Assembly (NCBI GenBank): GCA_040349255.1
Contig: JBEQUE010000051.1
Location: 1,599-65,598, forward strand
Source: Acidobacteriota bacterium
Lineage (GTDB): Bacteria > Acidobacteriota > Thermoanaerobaculia > Multivoradales > UBA5704
DNA length: 64,000 nt
Reading direction: 5' to 3'
Below are positions 9,901 to 19,115 of this stretch, in pieces. The notes beneath the pieces are model-generated. The model had not been told where the DNA came from. It did not search any database and worked only from the letters and a program-made list of their open reading frames with translations. Within the stretch, counting starts at the first letter, position 1. Every line of letters starts with the position of its first letter. Both the position numbers and the translations under genes were made by a program.

Positions 9901-10220
9901 CCGCGCGGCGGCGTCTCGCCCGCGCGCTCCAGGATCTCGAAGGCGAGCCCGTGCAGCGTCTGGACCTTCACGCCGGCCACGGAGCGCGACCGGACGAGCG
10001 CCGCCGAGAGGTGCGCCCGCAGGCTGCGGGACGGCACCACCACCCGGACCGGGCTGGCGAGGAGGGCCGGATCGCGCCGGGCCTCCTCGGCCAGCAGCCC
10101 GACGCGGCCGACCACCAGCGACTCGGCGGCCAGGGCGCCGCGCACGACGAGGACCCGGCCGGGAGGAGACGGCGGCTCCGGAACGGCGCCGCTGTCGAAA
10201 AGGCTGAGCTGCACTGCCAC
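6930..10220 (-). CDS. addB: AddB-like PD-(D/E)xK nuclease subunit
   Basis: SCPWQ plus CKVCEVAEAC (4Fe-4S staple pattern); RADRVD..DYKTG nuclease motif; coupled to addA. Confidence 0.8.
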   Translation of the reverse strand: MAVQLSLFDSGAVPEPPSPPGRVLVVRGALAAESLVVGRVGLLAEEARRDPALLASPVRVVVPSRSLRAHLSAALVRSRSVAGVKVQTLHGLAFEILERAGETPPRGRRLAEVLVQRHAAAERHLRDGLGDLVDGYGAVAGTVRDLLDAGLEPVHAEAAEEALALDGPFVASRAAIDRARALVRVAARTEADLRRLRLGTLSTLLRRATDLLEADPEAVLPARTVIVHGFADATGVAADLLQSLLRRRQAWLVLDRPPSWQGEGVESAFTERLAVRLSPVASLDEPPPPPLADIPPPRIERFQAPGVEAETREIARRVRGLLDEGVRPEAVGIAARDLSSYRLPLSRHLRRLGVPFSAVGTRGALGPAGRRARAFLELLRRGEDAPADRWLDAVADLPGGVDLRLAFAALGAGRLRDVAALRPERFLHRKVDSDGQEVHFFPLPIRHGLQQSGRDGNEADTVDVEEGDGQVQAVRREVRSEPIREAVRLAGLVRERLGAWTEDAAAKDHFSRLEEILGILGWRGEGPVVEALGTLRREVPPRFALDRDELRRLLALELEDAGTAELGGAGGGVPVLTAMEARGRTFEHLFLAGLNRDVFPRGVRQDPLLPDDLRRVIQRVIPDVPVKLGGFDEERWLFSHLLSSSPAVTLSWQSADEDGKAVSASPLLRDTAEAPRVPPLWSREAVGRGPRTAAERAVLAGLHGSRSDLALVLPLASGDRALAAARLAVLDEIDPDLRTPEGRAARARLGPYFGFVGPAGVHPRDPRRRDLFITHLEALASCPWQLFLQKLLRLEPTPDPLQMAPGSDPLLLGNLVHAVLERIVRESRPAANGRPVPVSWPAEEELRDLVEQAAARLLEREGVFLNGLARALAEQVAPRLDAARDSDWAEGPVPVLRAEDEGALQVLDGQGRPRSVRFRADRVDLLADGTLRRTDYKTGQPISDKKKEDVRRRHFLARVQAGSHLQAVAYHLAGDGRGEGRYLFLRPDLQGARVFAAGEADLDLIEAFASSIRAVLAAWDAGTFFPRVVDPAGRNEPGRCKVCEVAEACVRGDSGSRVRLLEWADRMRGVPDLPDAEASLLGVWRLPAKDREEPAP

Positions 10221-10275
10221 GGCGAAAGGATATCGCTTCCGCGGAGACCCAAGGACCCCAGGGACTGCAAGGACA

Positions 10276-11385
10276 TCAAGAACTCGAGGATCTTGAGTCC
10301 GGCTCGAAGCCCCTGGTCCTCGCGTCGTACCAGTAGAGGATCCGCTCCGGAGCGCCGCCGCCCTTCAGGCGGAAAAGCGCGAAGCCCCGGGCCTGGATCG
10401 GCGACGTGTCCTGGTACCGCATCGAGAGCGGCGGCGCCAGGTAGAGCTTGCCCGGGCTCGCCCGCTCCGGCGGGGCGGTCGACCACCCGTAAGGCCGCCG
10501 GTAGATCTCCTTGTGCGAGTCGTGGAAGTGCCCCGCCAGCACGCCGGCGACGGACGGGGAGTCTACGATCTTCTTCCACCGGGCGTAGACCTCCTTCGGC
10601 ACGTTCCAGGACGACGCCGCCGACCACTCCGGGCGGCCCGGCGCCCATTCCTGCCGGTCCGGGCCCTTCCTCATCCGGATCTGGGCGAGCTTGTACGGAT
10701 CGTCGATCTCCGCGATGTGGGTGACGATCAGGACCCGCTTCGGACCGGCCTGTTCCACGAGGCGCGCGAGCCGGTCGAGCTGCGCGAGCTGCACCCCGGA
10801 GCGGGCCGGGGACACGCCGTCCTTGAACGACTGCGACGGGAACCCGACGAGCCGGTACGAGGTCCCGGGGACGTCGGCCCAGCAGCTCGAAAGCCCGCCT
10901 CCGAAATAGCAGGAGGTCAGGTCGTGCAGCGCCACGCCCGTGCCCTGGAGCTGCGCCTGGACGCGGCTCCAGAAGAGCTGGAACGCCGCGACCTCCGGCC
11001 CGTCGGGCGCCTCGTCCTTGACGTCGTTGTTGCCGGGGACCAGATAGATGTCCTTGACCGGGCTCTTCCCGAGGATGCCCGCGACGAGCTTCACCGCGCC
11101 ATCCACTCCGACCGGCTCGCCGGCGAACAGGTCGAGACCGAAATCGCCGCTCACGACCAGGAACGAGGGTTTGCCGGGAAGGTCGTCCAGAGCGGCGACG
11201 AGGTCCGAGAACGCCTGCTGGTTCATCGGCTCCTGGCGCTGGCGGAGCTCCGGCCTGTCGCCGTAAAAGAGGTGGGGGTCGGTGGCGTGGACGAACCAGA
11301 TCTCTCCGTCCGGCGCCTGGCGCCGGCAGCCCGCACAGAGGATCAGGACGAGGAGAAGGAGGACGACCGGGCGCAGCCGTCGCAT
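10276..11385 (-). CDS. Calcineurin-like metallophosphoesterase, predicted lipoprotein
   Basis: Lipobox LCAGC; motifs DPH, SGD, GNND, THI, GHFH. Confidence 0.8.
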   Translation of the reverse strand: MRRLRPVVLLLLVLILCAGCRRQAPDGEIWFVHATDPHLFYGDRPELRQRQEPMNQQAFSDLVAALDDLPGKPSFLVVSGDFGLDLFAGEPVGVDGAVKLVAGILGKSPVKDIYLVPGNNDVKDEAPDGPEVAAFQLFWSRVQAQLQGTGVALHDLTSCYFGGGLSSCWADVPGTSYRLVGFPSQSFKDGVSPARSGVQLAQLDRLARLVEQAGPKRVLIVTHIAEIDDPYKLAQIRMRKGPDRQEWAPGRPEWSAASSWNVPKEVYARWKKIVDSPSVAGVLAGHFHDSHKEIYRRPYGWSTAPPERASPGKLYLAPPLSMRYQDTSPIQARGFALFRLKGGGAPERILYWYDARTRGFEPDSRSSSS

Positions 11386-11389
11386 GGGG

Positions 11390-13291
11390 CTACGGGCTGA
11401 CCGCGACCCGCTCGCGCCTCTCCAGCTCCTGGTCCTTGTACTGGAGGAGGTACAGCCGGTAGTAGATTCCGCGCTGGGCGAGCAGCTCCTGGTGGGTGCC
11501 CATCTCGCGGATCTCGCCCTTGTGCATGACCAGAATCCGGTCCGCCTTCTGGATCGTGGACAGCCGGTGGGCGATCACGATGCTCGTGCGGCCCACCAGC
11601 AGGCGGTCGAGCGCCTTCTGGATGAGCTGCTCGGTCTCCGTGTCGATCGACGAGGTGGCCTCGTCGAGGATCAGGATGCTGGGGTCGAAGGCCAGGGCGC
11701 GCGCGAAGGCGATGAGCTGCTTCTGGCCGACCGAGAGGCCGGCGCCGCGCTCCCGGACCGGCGTGTCGAAGCCGTCCGGCAGGCGATCGATGAACGGCAG
11801 GGCATGGACCTCGCCGGCCGCCCAGCGCAGCCGCTCGTCGTCGATCGACGCCTCGCCCAGCCGGATGTTCGCCCCGATCGAGCCGGAGAAGAGGAACACG
11901 TCCTGGAGCACCATGGCCACGCTGCGGCGCAGGCGCGGCAGGTCCCACTGCCGGACGTCCACGCCGTCCACCTTCACCGCACCGTCGTCCACGTCGTAGA
12001 AGCGCAGGAGGAGGTTGGCAAGCGTGCTCTTGCCGGCGCCGGTGTGGCCGACCACGGCCAGGGTCTCGCCGGGGCGCACCTGGAACGAGATCCCCTTGAG
12101 CACCGGCTCGCCCTCCTTGTAGGAGAAGCGGACGCGGTCGAACTCGATCTCGCCGAGCACCCGGCCGGGGGTGTCCGGCGAATACGCGCCCGCCGGCGAG
12201 ACGATCGTCTCCGGCGTGTCGATCAGCCTGAAGATGCGCTCCGAGGCCGCCATGGCGCCCTGCAGGATGTTGTACTTCTCCGACAGGTCGGCGAGCGGCT
12301 GGTAGAAGCGCTGGGCGTACTGGAGGAAGGCGATCAGGGCGCCGATCGAGGTGATGCCGGCGATCACCCGGCCGCCGCCATACCAGAGAATAAGGCCGAT
12401 GCCGAGCGCCGTGATCAGCTCCACGCCGGGGTAGAACACCGCGTAGTAGAAGATGCCGCGCACGTTCGCGTCGCGGTGCGCCTGGTTGATCTCCTCGAAG
12501 TCGGCGTAGGCCCGCGCCTCGCGGTTGAAGAGCTGCACCACCGGCATGCCGGTGATGTGCTCCTGGAGGAAGGCGTTGATCTTCGCGATCTTGACCCGCA
12601 CCTCGCGGAAGCTGTCGCGCACCCGCGCCTTGAACCAGGAGGTCAGCCCGAGCAGGAGCGGCACGATCGAGAACGCCACCACCGCCAGCCGCCAGTCGAG
12701 CCAGAAGAGAACCCCCACGATGCCGGCGAGGAGCAGGATGTCGCCCAGGATCGCCACGATGCCGGCCGAGAACATCTCGTTGAGCGCGTCGACATCGGTC
12801 GTCACCCGGGTGACCAGCCGGCCGATCGGGTTGCGGTCGAAGTAGGAGATCGGCAGCCGCTGGAGGTGGCCGAAGACCTGCCGCCGCAGGTCGTTCATGA
12901 TGTACTGCCCCATGAGCTGCATCACATAGCCTTCGGCGTACAGCGTGACGAACGTGAGCACCAGCGCCACCAGGTAGATCACGGCGACCGCGGTGAGCCC
13001 CTGGGTGGCGACCGACGCGGGCTCGATGCCGCGGGCGAGGAGCGCGTCGCGCACCCAGACGCTCACGCCCGAGAGCCGGGCCGGCTCCGCCTCGTCCGGC
13101 CGGATGAAGAGGTCCATCGACACCGCGAAGGCCAGAGGACCGATGAGCTGGAGGACGGACGAGAGGAGGATCAGCGCCACCGCGACGGCCGTCATGCCGC
13201 GGTACGGCCGCAGGTAGGTCATCAGACGCCGCATCAGCCGGGCGTCGTAGGCCTTGCCCAGGGCTTCCTCTTCCTGGTGGGCGTCGCTCAT
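11390..13291 (-). CDS. ABC exporter, fused permease/ATPase (MsbA/MdlB-like)
   Basis: TM domain plus GHTGAGKST, LSVGQKQ and ILDEATS. Start placed at MSDAHQ, which follows a TATCTT box. Confidence 0.9.
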   Translation of the reverse strand: MSDAHQEEEALGKAYDARLMRRLMTYLRPYRGMTAVAVALILLSSVLQLIGPLAFAVSMDLFIRPDEAEPARLSGVSVWVRDALLARGIEPASVATQGLTAVAVIYLVALVLTFVTLYAEGYVMQLMGQYIMNDLRRQVFGHLQRLPISYFDRNPIGRLVTRVTTDVDALNEMFSAGIVAILGDILLLAGIVGVLFWLDWRLAVVAFSIVPLLLGLTSWFKARVRDSFREVRVKIAKINAFLQEHITGMPVVQLFNREARAYADFEEINQAHRDANVRGIFYYAVFYPGVELITALGIGLILWYGGGRVIAGITSIGALIAFLQYAQRFYQPLADLSEKYNILQGAMAASERIFRLIDTPETIVSPAGAYSPDTPGRVLGEIEFDRVRFSYKEGEPVLKGISFQVRPGETLAVVGHTGAGKSTLANLLLRFYDVDDGAVKVDGVDVRQWDLPRLRRSVAMVLQDVFLFSGSIGANIRLGEASIDDERLRWAAGEVHALPFIDRLPDGFDTPVRERGAGLSVGQKQLIAFARALAFDPSILILDEATSSIDTETEQLIQKALDRLLVGRTSIVIAHRLSTIQKADRILVMHKGEIREMGTHQELLAQRGIYYRLYLLQYKDQELERRERVAVSP

Positions 13292-13423
13292 CGACGACAA
13301 GATATCAGAGCGGCTCTCCCCCCTCACCCTATACCTGTTCGTCTATTCAGTGGTACACTGCCCGCCAGCTTCAGGTCCAGAAGAAGAAGATCCAGGTTTT
13401 CCGGATTCCGGGGGGTTTTCGCC

Positions 13424-14542
13424 GTGCCGCCGACGTTGAACCAGCTTCTCAAGGAGATGGTAGGTCAGGGAGGGTCCGACCTCCACATCACCACGAACTC
13501 GCCGCCGCAGATCCGGGTCGACGGGCACCTGCGCCCGCTCCAGTACCCGGCCATGACGCCGGCCGAGACCAAGCAGCTCGCCTACTCCATCCTCACCGAC
13601 AACCAGAAGCACCGTCTGGAAGAGGACCTGGAGATCGACCTCTCCTTCGGCATCAAGGGGCTGGCGCGCTTCCGCGCCAACATCTTCCACCAGCGCGGCG
13701 CCATCGCCGCGGTGTTCCGGCAGATCCCCTTCGAGATCAAGGGCTTCAAGGAGCTCGGGCTGCCCACGATCATCGAGAAGCTGTGCGAGAAGCCGCGCGG
13801 CCTGATCCTGGTCACCGGCCCGACCGGCTCCGGCAAGTCGACCACGCTCGCCGCCATGCTCGACAAGATCAACCGCGAGCGCGCCGAGCACATGATCACC
13901 ATCGAGGACCCGGTCGAGTTCCTGCACTCGCACAAGAAGTGCCTGGTCAACCAGCGCGAGGTCCACGCCGACACCCACGGCTTCGCCAACGCGCTGCGCT
14001 CCGCCCTGCGGCAGGACCCCGACGTGGTGCTGATCGGCGAGATGCGCGACCTGGAGACCATCGAGTCGGCGCTGCGCATCGCCGAAACCGGCCACTTGAC
14101 CTTCGCCACCCTGCACACGAACTCGGCCGCGCAGTCGATCAACCGCATCATCGACGTCTTTCCCGCCCACCAGCAGGGGCAGATCCGCGCCCAGCTCTCG
14201 CTCGTGCTGGAAGGGATCATCTGCCAGGCCCTGCTGCCCAAGGCCGGCGGCAAGGGGCGCGCCATGGCCATGGAGATCCTCATCCCCAGCGCGGCCATCC
14301 GCAACCTGATCCGCGAGGACAAGATCCACCAGATCTACGGCATGATGCAGGCCGGGCAGGCCAAATACGGGATGCAGACGTTCAACCAGTCCCTCGCGTC
14401 CCTGTACTTCAAGCGCCTGATCACGCTGGAGACCGCGCTCTCCCGCTCGTCGCTGCCCGACGAGCTGCAGGAGATGATCAACCGCGGGCCCGCGGCGCTG
14501 AACCCCACGCTCGGAGTGCAAGAGACTGGAGGAAGGAGCTAA
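13424..14542 (+). CDS. pilT: Type IV pilus retraction ATPase PilT
   Basis: GSDLHIT, GPTGSGKSTT, LRQDPDVVLIGEMRD, TLHTN and the AIRNLIRE motif; GTG start. Confidence 0.95.
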   Translation: MPPTLNQLLKEMVGQGGSDLHITTNSPPQIRVDGHLRPLQYPAMTPAETKQLAYSILTDNQKHRLEEDLEIDLSFGIKGLARFRANIFHQRGAIAAVFRQIPFEIKGFKELGLPTIIEKLCEKPRGLILVTGPTGSGKSTTLAAMLDKINRERAEHMITIEDPVEFLHSHKKCLVNQREVHADTHGFANALRSALRQDPDVVLIGEMRDLETIESALRIAETGHLTFATLHTNSAAQSINRIIDVFPAHQQGQIRAQLSLVLEGIICQALLPKAGGKGRAMAMEILIPSAAIRNLIREDKIHQIYGMMQAGQAKYGMQTFNQSLASLYFKRLITLETALSRSSLPDELQEMINRGPAALNPTLGVQETGGRS

Positions 14543-14545
14543 CCC

Positions 14546-15751
14546 ATGCCCAGCTTCGAATGGAAAGGCCGTACGCGCGCGGGCCAGGCTCAGGAGGGCG
14601 TCCTGCTGGCCGACTCCCGGGATGCCGCCGTCGCCGTCCTGCGGCGCCAGCAGATCCAGGTGACGAACATCCGCGAGCGCGGCCGGGAGATCAAGCTCCT
14701 CCCGCGCATGCCCATGAAGGTCAACCGCAAGCGCATCTCGATCTTCACCCGGCAGTTCTCGGTGATGCTCGACGCCGGCCTCCCCCTCGTGCAGTGCCTG
14801 GAGATCCTCGGCGGCCAGGAGGAGAACAAGGCCTTCGCCGCGATGATCAACGAGGTGCGCTCCGACGTCGAGTCCGGCTCCTCCGTGGCCGACGCCATGA
14901 AGAAGCACCCGAAGGCCTTCGACAACCTGTTCGTCAACATGGTCGCCGCGGGCGAGGCGGGCGGTATCCTCGACGTCATCCTGCAGCGCCTGTCGGCCTA
15001 CATCGAGAAGGCCGTCAAGCTCAACAGCCAGGTCAAGTCGGCCATGATCTACCCGGTCGCGGTGCTGGTCATCGCGGCCCTGGTGGTGTTCATCATCCTG
15101 TGGAAGGTCATCCCGGTGTTCGCCCAGCTCTTCTCCGGGCTCGGCGGCGAGATGCCCTTCCTCACCCGGATGGTGATCGCGGCGTCGAATTTCGTCGGCC
15201 GCTACTTCATCTTCATCTTCCTGGTGCTCGGCGCCGGCATGGTGGCCATCCAGCGCTACCACAACACCTACCGCGGACGCCGCGTGCTCGACGGGCTCCT
15301 GCTCAAGGTCCCGATCATCGGCATGCTGCTGCGCAAGATCTCCGTGGCCCGGTTCTGCCGCACCCTGGCGACCCTGACCGCCTCCGGCGTGCCGATCCTC
15401 GACGGCCTCGAGATCACGGCGAAGACCGCCGGCAACGCGATCATCGAGGACTCCATCATGGCGGTGCGCAAGAGCGTCGAGGAAGGCAAGACGATCAGCG
15501 AGCCGCTCGCCGAGACCAAGGTGTTCCCGGCCATGGTGGTGCAGATGATCAACGTCGGCGAGCAGACCGGCGCCCTCGACCAGATGCTGTCGAAGATCGC
15601 CGACTTCTACGAGGACGAGGTGGACACCGCCGTCGCCGGCATGATGAAGCTGATCGAGCCGCTCATGATCTCCATCCTGGGCGTGGTCATCGGCACGATC
15701 GTGGCGGCCATGTACCTGCCGCTCTACTCGATCCTGACCAAGATCGGCTAG
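14546..15751 (+). CDS. pilC: Type IV pilus inner-membrane platform protein PilC (GspF family)
   Basis: FTRQFSVMLDAGLPL, GEAGGILD, GEQTGALDQML, IEP; follows pilT. Confidence 0.95.
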   Translation: MPSFEWKGRTRAGQAQEGVLLADSRDAAVAVLRRQQIQVTNIRERGREIKLLPRMPMKVNRKRISIFTRQFSVMLDAGLPLVQCLEILGGQEENKAFAAMINEVRSDVESGSSVADAMKKHPKAFDNLFVNMVAAGEAGGILDVILQRLSAYIEKAVKLNSQVKSAMIYPVAVLVIAALVVFIILWKVIPVFAQLFSGLGGEMPFLTRMVIAASNFVGRYFIFIFLVLGAGMVAIQRYHNTYRGRRVLDGLLLKVPIIGMLLRKISVARFCRTLATLTASGVPILDGLEITAKTAGNAIIEDSIMAVRKSVEEGKTISEPLAETKVFPAMVVQMINVGEQTGALDQMLSKIADFYEDEVDTAVAGMMKLIEPLMISILGVVIGTIVAAMYLPLYSILTKIG

Positions 15752-15760
15752 CGTAGGCAC

Positions 15761-15786
15761 GAGAGGCGGCGGGACCGCCGCCTCTC
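15761..15786 (+). terminator. GC-rich hairpin between pilC and pilS (partial terminator or RNA stabiliser)
   Basis: GAGAGGCGGCG-GGAC-CGCCGCCTCTC is a perfect 11-bp stem; the T tract after it is weak. Confidence 0.5.
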
Positions 15787-15805
15787 CCGTCTTTCCGGCG
15801 TCCCG

Positions 15806-17623
15806 ATGTCGAACCTGACAAACCAGCTCCGGTGGTACATCGCCATCCGCGTGGTGGCGGTCGCGAGCGTGCTCATCCCCTACACGCTGCTGCAGATCGG
15901 GCCCACGGCCCCGGCGCCGGCGGTCGAGGGGAGCACGCCGGCGCCGCCCCCGGCCGTCTCCACGCCCGCTCCCATCACCCAGACGCCGCAGTCGCCGGTC
16001 CTGGTCAACCCGCCGCCGGCCCCGCCGCCGGAGCCCGACCTGCTGCGGCCCGAGGTGGTCTACAAGGTCGGCGGCCTGACCTTCGTCGCCACCCTGGTCT
16101 ACATCGCGCTGCTGAGCATCCTGCGCCGCCGGCCCACGGCCCAGGCCTACATCCAGTTCTTCGGCGACCTCCTGCTCATCACGCTCATGGTGTACTACCT
16201 GGGCGGCATCGAGAGCCCGTTCTCGATGCTCTACCTGATCGTCATCGCCGTGGCGTCCACCCTGCTGCAGCGCCGGGCCGGCATCTCGGTGGCGAGCGGC
16301 GCCAACGCCTGCTATGCGATCCTGGTGCTCGGCCTCTACTTCCACAAGCTCCCGACCCCGCCCGGCGCGCCGGAGACGGTGCCGGTCTTCCGCCTGGTCT
16401 ACAGCCTCGCCGTGCACTGCTTCGGCTTCTACGCCGTGGCGCTCCTCACCTCCTACCTGGCCCACAACGTGGCGCGCGCCGAGAGCGAGCTCAAGGAGAA
16501 GCGCGAGCACCTGGCCGACCTGGAGGTGGTGCACCGCGACGTCATCCAGTCGATCAGCAGCGGCCTCATCACGAGCGACCTCGACGGCAGGGTCACGAGC
16601 CTCAACCAGGCCGGCGTCGCCATCCTGGGCCGGCAGGAGTCCGACATGGTCGGCCGCACGATCCTCGAGTCCGGCCTGGCCTCGGCCGAGCGCTGGGCGG
16701 AGCTGACCGCGGCCAGCCAGGGGCAGCGGACGCTGCGCGCCGAGGCCGAGCTCGAGCGCGACGGCGATACCCAGTACGTGGGCTTCTCGATCTCGCAGCT
16801 CACGGACGCGGACGGCCGCCACCGCGGCTACATCGTCATCTTCCAGGACTTCACCCGCTGGCGGAAACTGGAAGGCGAGCTGCGCATCAAGGACCGCATG
16901 GCCGCCGTGGGCGAGCTCGCGGCCGGACTGGCGCACGAGATCGGCAACCCGCTCGCCGCCATCTCCGGGTCGGTGCAGATGCTGTCCAGCTCGGCGACCT
17001 CGGCCAGCACCACGCCGTCGCAGCGCAGGCTGATCGACATCCTGCTCAAGGAGAGCCAGCGCCTGGACCGCACGATCAAGGGCTTCCTGCGCTTCGCGCG
17101 GCCGCGCGAGCGCTCCAGCGTGCCGTTCGACATCGCCCGGCTCCTGGCCGAGAACTGCGAGCTGCTCCGCAACAGCGCCGAGGTCTCCGAGCGCCACCGG
17201 ATCGAGGTCCGGCTGGAGCCGCCCTCGGCGTCGGTGATCGCGGACCCGGACCAGGTGAGCCAGATCTTCTGGAACCTGGCGCGCAACTCCCTGCGCGCCA
17301 TGCCCGACGGCGGCACCCTGACCGTCGTGGGGCGGCTCGACGAGGACCACTACCGCATGCAGGTGATCGACACGGGCCGCGGCATGAGCGAGGAGCAGCG
17401 CGCCAACCTGTTCCACCCCTTCCAGTCCTTCTTCGACGGCGGCACCGGCATCGGCATGGCCATCGTCTACCGCATCGTCCAGGAGCACGGCGGGCGGCTG
17501 CTGGTCGACACCCGGCAGGGCGGCGGCACCACGATCACCGTGGAGCTGCCGGCGAGCCGCCCGGCGGCCCAGACGGCTCCGGCCATGGCCGAGGCCACCG
17601 CCGCGGCCGGGGAGGCGCCCTGA
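15806..17623 (+). CDS. pilS: PilS-like sensor histidine kinase (TM, PAS, HisKA, HATPase)
   Basis: About 6 TM helices, LAHEIGNPL, NLARNS, DTGRGM, GTGIG; lies between pilC and an NtrC-type regulator. Confidence 0.8.
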   Translation: MSNLTNQLRWYIAIRVVAVASVLIPYTLLQIGPTAPAPAVEGSTPAPPPAVSTPAPITQTPQSPVLVNPPPAPPPEPDLLRPEVVYKVGGLTFVATLVYIALLSILRRRPTAQAYIQFFGDLLLITLMVYYLGGIESPFSMLYLIVIAVASTLLQRRAGISVASGANACYAILVLGLYFHKLPTPPGAPETVPVFRLVYSLAVHCFGFYAVALLTSYLAHNVARAESELKEKREHLADLEVVHRDVIQSISSGLITSDLDGRVTSLNQAGVAILGRQESDMVGRTILESGLASAERWAELTAASQGQRTLRAEAELERDGDTQYVGFSISQLTDADGRHRGYIVIFQDFTRWRKLEGELRIKDRMAAVGELAAGLAHEIGNPLAAISGSVQMLSSSATSASTTPSQRRLIDILLKESQRLDRTIKGFLRFARPRERSSVPFDIARLLAENCELLRNSAEVSERHRIEVRLEPPSASVIADPDQVSQIFWNLARNSLRAMPDGGTLTVVGRLDEDHYRMQVIDTGRGMSEEQRANLFHPFQSFFDGGTGIGMAIVYRIVQEHGGRLLVDTRQGGGTTITVELPASRPAAQTAPAMAEATAAAGEAP

Positions 17624-19017
17624 TGGCCGAGCGCGCCCGCCTCCTGGTCGTGGACGACGAGTCGAGCATCGTCGAGTTCCTCTCCCTGCTGCTCGAAGAG
17701 GAGGGCTACGCCGTCGAGACGGCGAGCTCCGTCACCGGCGCCCGGCAGGCGCTCGCCCGCCGGAGCTACGACCTCATCCTCTGCGACGTGATGATGCCGG
17801 ACGGCAACGGCCTCGACCTGCTCAAGGAGGTCATGTCGAACGGCGCCGAGACGACCACCGGGCCGGCGGTCATCATGATGACCGCCTACACCTCGACCAA
17901 GACCGCCATCGAGGCGATGAAGGCGGGCGCCGCCGACTACGTCTCGAAGCCGTTCGACGTCGAGGAGCTGAAGATCGTCGTCCAGAAGGCGCTGGAGCGC
18001 GAGCAGCTCGCCGACGAGAACATCTACCTGCGCCGGGAGCTGGAGCAGAAGTACACCTTCAACAACATCATCGGCAAGAGCCCGCGGATGCAGGTGATCT
18101 TCTCGCTCATCGAGCGCATCTCGCGCACCAGCTCGACCGTGCTGGTGCACGGCGAGAGCGGCACCGGCAAGGAGCTCATCGCGCGGGCCATCCACTTCGC
18201 GAGCCCGCGGTCGACCCGCCGGTTCCTGTCGATCAACTGCGGCGCGCTGCCCGAGAACCTCCTCGAGAGCGAGCTCTTCGGCCATGAGCGCGGCGCCTTC
18301 ACCGGCGCCGTGCGCGAGAAGAAGGGCCTCTTCCAGGAGGCCGACCGCGGTACGCTGTTCCTCGACGAGATCGGCGAGATGACGCCGACCATGCAGGTCA
18401 AGCTCCTGCGCGCCATCCAGGAGAAGACGGTGCGCAAGGTGGGCGGCACCGAGGAGGAGACGGTCGACGTCCGCATCATCGCGGCCACGAACCAGGACCT
18501 GGAGACCCGGCTCACCACCGGCGAGTTCCGCGAGGACCTCTACTACCGGATCAACGTGCTGCCGATCCACCTGCCGCCGCTGCGCCAGCGGCGCGAGGAC
18601 ATCCCGCTCCTGGTCGACTTCTTCCTCCAGAAGTACTGCCGCCAGATGGAGCTGCCGCCGCGGCAGATCTCGGTCGAGGCCATGGCCCTGCTCGAAGGCT
18701 ACGACTGGCCGGGCAACGTCCGCGAGCTCGAAAACCTGATCGAGCGCGTGCTCGCGCTCTCCCACGCCGAGACCATCACCACCCGCGACCTGCCGGTCCA
18801 CCTGCTGACCCAGCGCCGAATGCAGTCCGACCTGATCCAGCTTCCGGAGGAGGGGATCGACCTGGAGGCGTACCTGGAGGACATCCGCGCCCAGCTCATG
18901 CAGCAGGCCCTGGAGAGGACGGATGGCGTCCAGACCCAGGCGGCCGAGCTGCTCGGGATGAGCTTCCGCAGCTTCCGGTACTACGCCAAGAAGGCAGGCC
19001 TCAAAGGCGGGGATTGA
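17623..19017 (+). CDS. pilR: PilR-like sigma-54 response regulator
   Basis: Receiver domain, GESGTGKE, GAFTGA, C-terminal HTH; TGATG coupling to pilS. Confidence 0.85.
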   Translation: MAERARLLVVDDESSIVEFLSLLLEEEGYAVETASSVTGARQALARRSYDLILCDVMMPDGNGLDLLKEVMSNGAETTTGPAVIMMTAYTSTKTAIEAMKAGAADYVSKPFDVEELKIVVQKALEREQLADENIYLRRELEQKYTFNNIIGKSPRMQVIFSLIERISRTSSTVLVHGESGTGKELIARAIHFASPRSTRRFLSINCGALPENLLESELFGHERGAFTGAVREKKGLFQEADRGTLFLDEIGEMTPTMQVKLLRAIQEKTVRKVGGTEEETVDVRIIAATNQDLETRLTTGEFREDLYYRINVLPIHLPPLRQRREDIPLLVDFFLQKYCRQMELPPRQISVEAMALLEGYDWPGNVRELENLIERVLALSHAETITTRDLPVHLLTQRRMQSDLIQLPEEGIDLEAYLEDIRAQLMQQALERTDGVQTQAAELLGMSFRSFRYYAKKAGLKGGD

Positions 19018-19019
19018 AG

Positions 19020-19077
19020 CTCCCTCTCCCCCGGCACGGGGGAGAGGGCTGGGGAGAGGGGGAACGGGATCAAACCG
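19020..19077. repeat. REP-like palindromic dispersed repeat, copy 1
   Basis: CCCTCTCCCCCGGCACGGGGGAGAGGG hairpin; a near-identical inverted copy lies at 36174..36230. Confidence 0.8.
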
Positions 19078-19080
19078 CAT

Positions 19081-19110
19081 TTGACACTCCGTAGCCGATC
19101 GTTCTAGATT
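19081..19110 (+). promoter_or_regulatory. Sigma70-type promoter for the kdsB operon
   Basis: TTGACA (19081), 18-nt spacer, TAGATT (19105), 5 nt before the GTG start. Confidence 0.6.
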
Positions 19111-19115
19111 CGGTC

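Noticed and set aside
3262-10220. Novel helicase-nuclease defence system
   Set aside because: Motifs, sizes, Fe-S cysteines and gene order fit housekeeping AddAB.
2911-10724. Very long + strand ORFs (1501, 1138 and 678 aa) and similar shadow ORFs throughout the window
   Set aside because: They are antisense or off-frame shadows of real genes in high-GC DNA, Arg/Pro/Gly-rich and without recognisable motifs.
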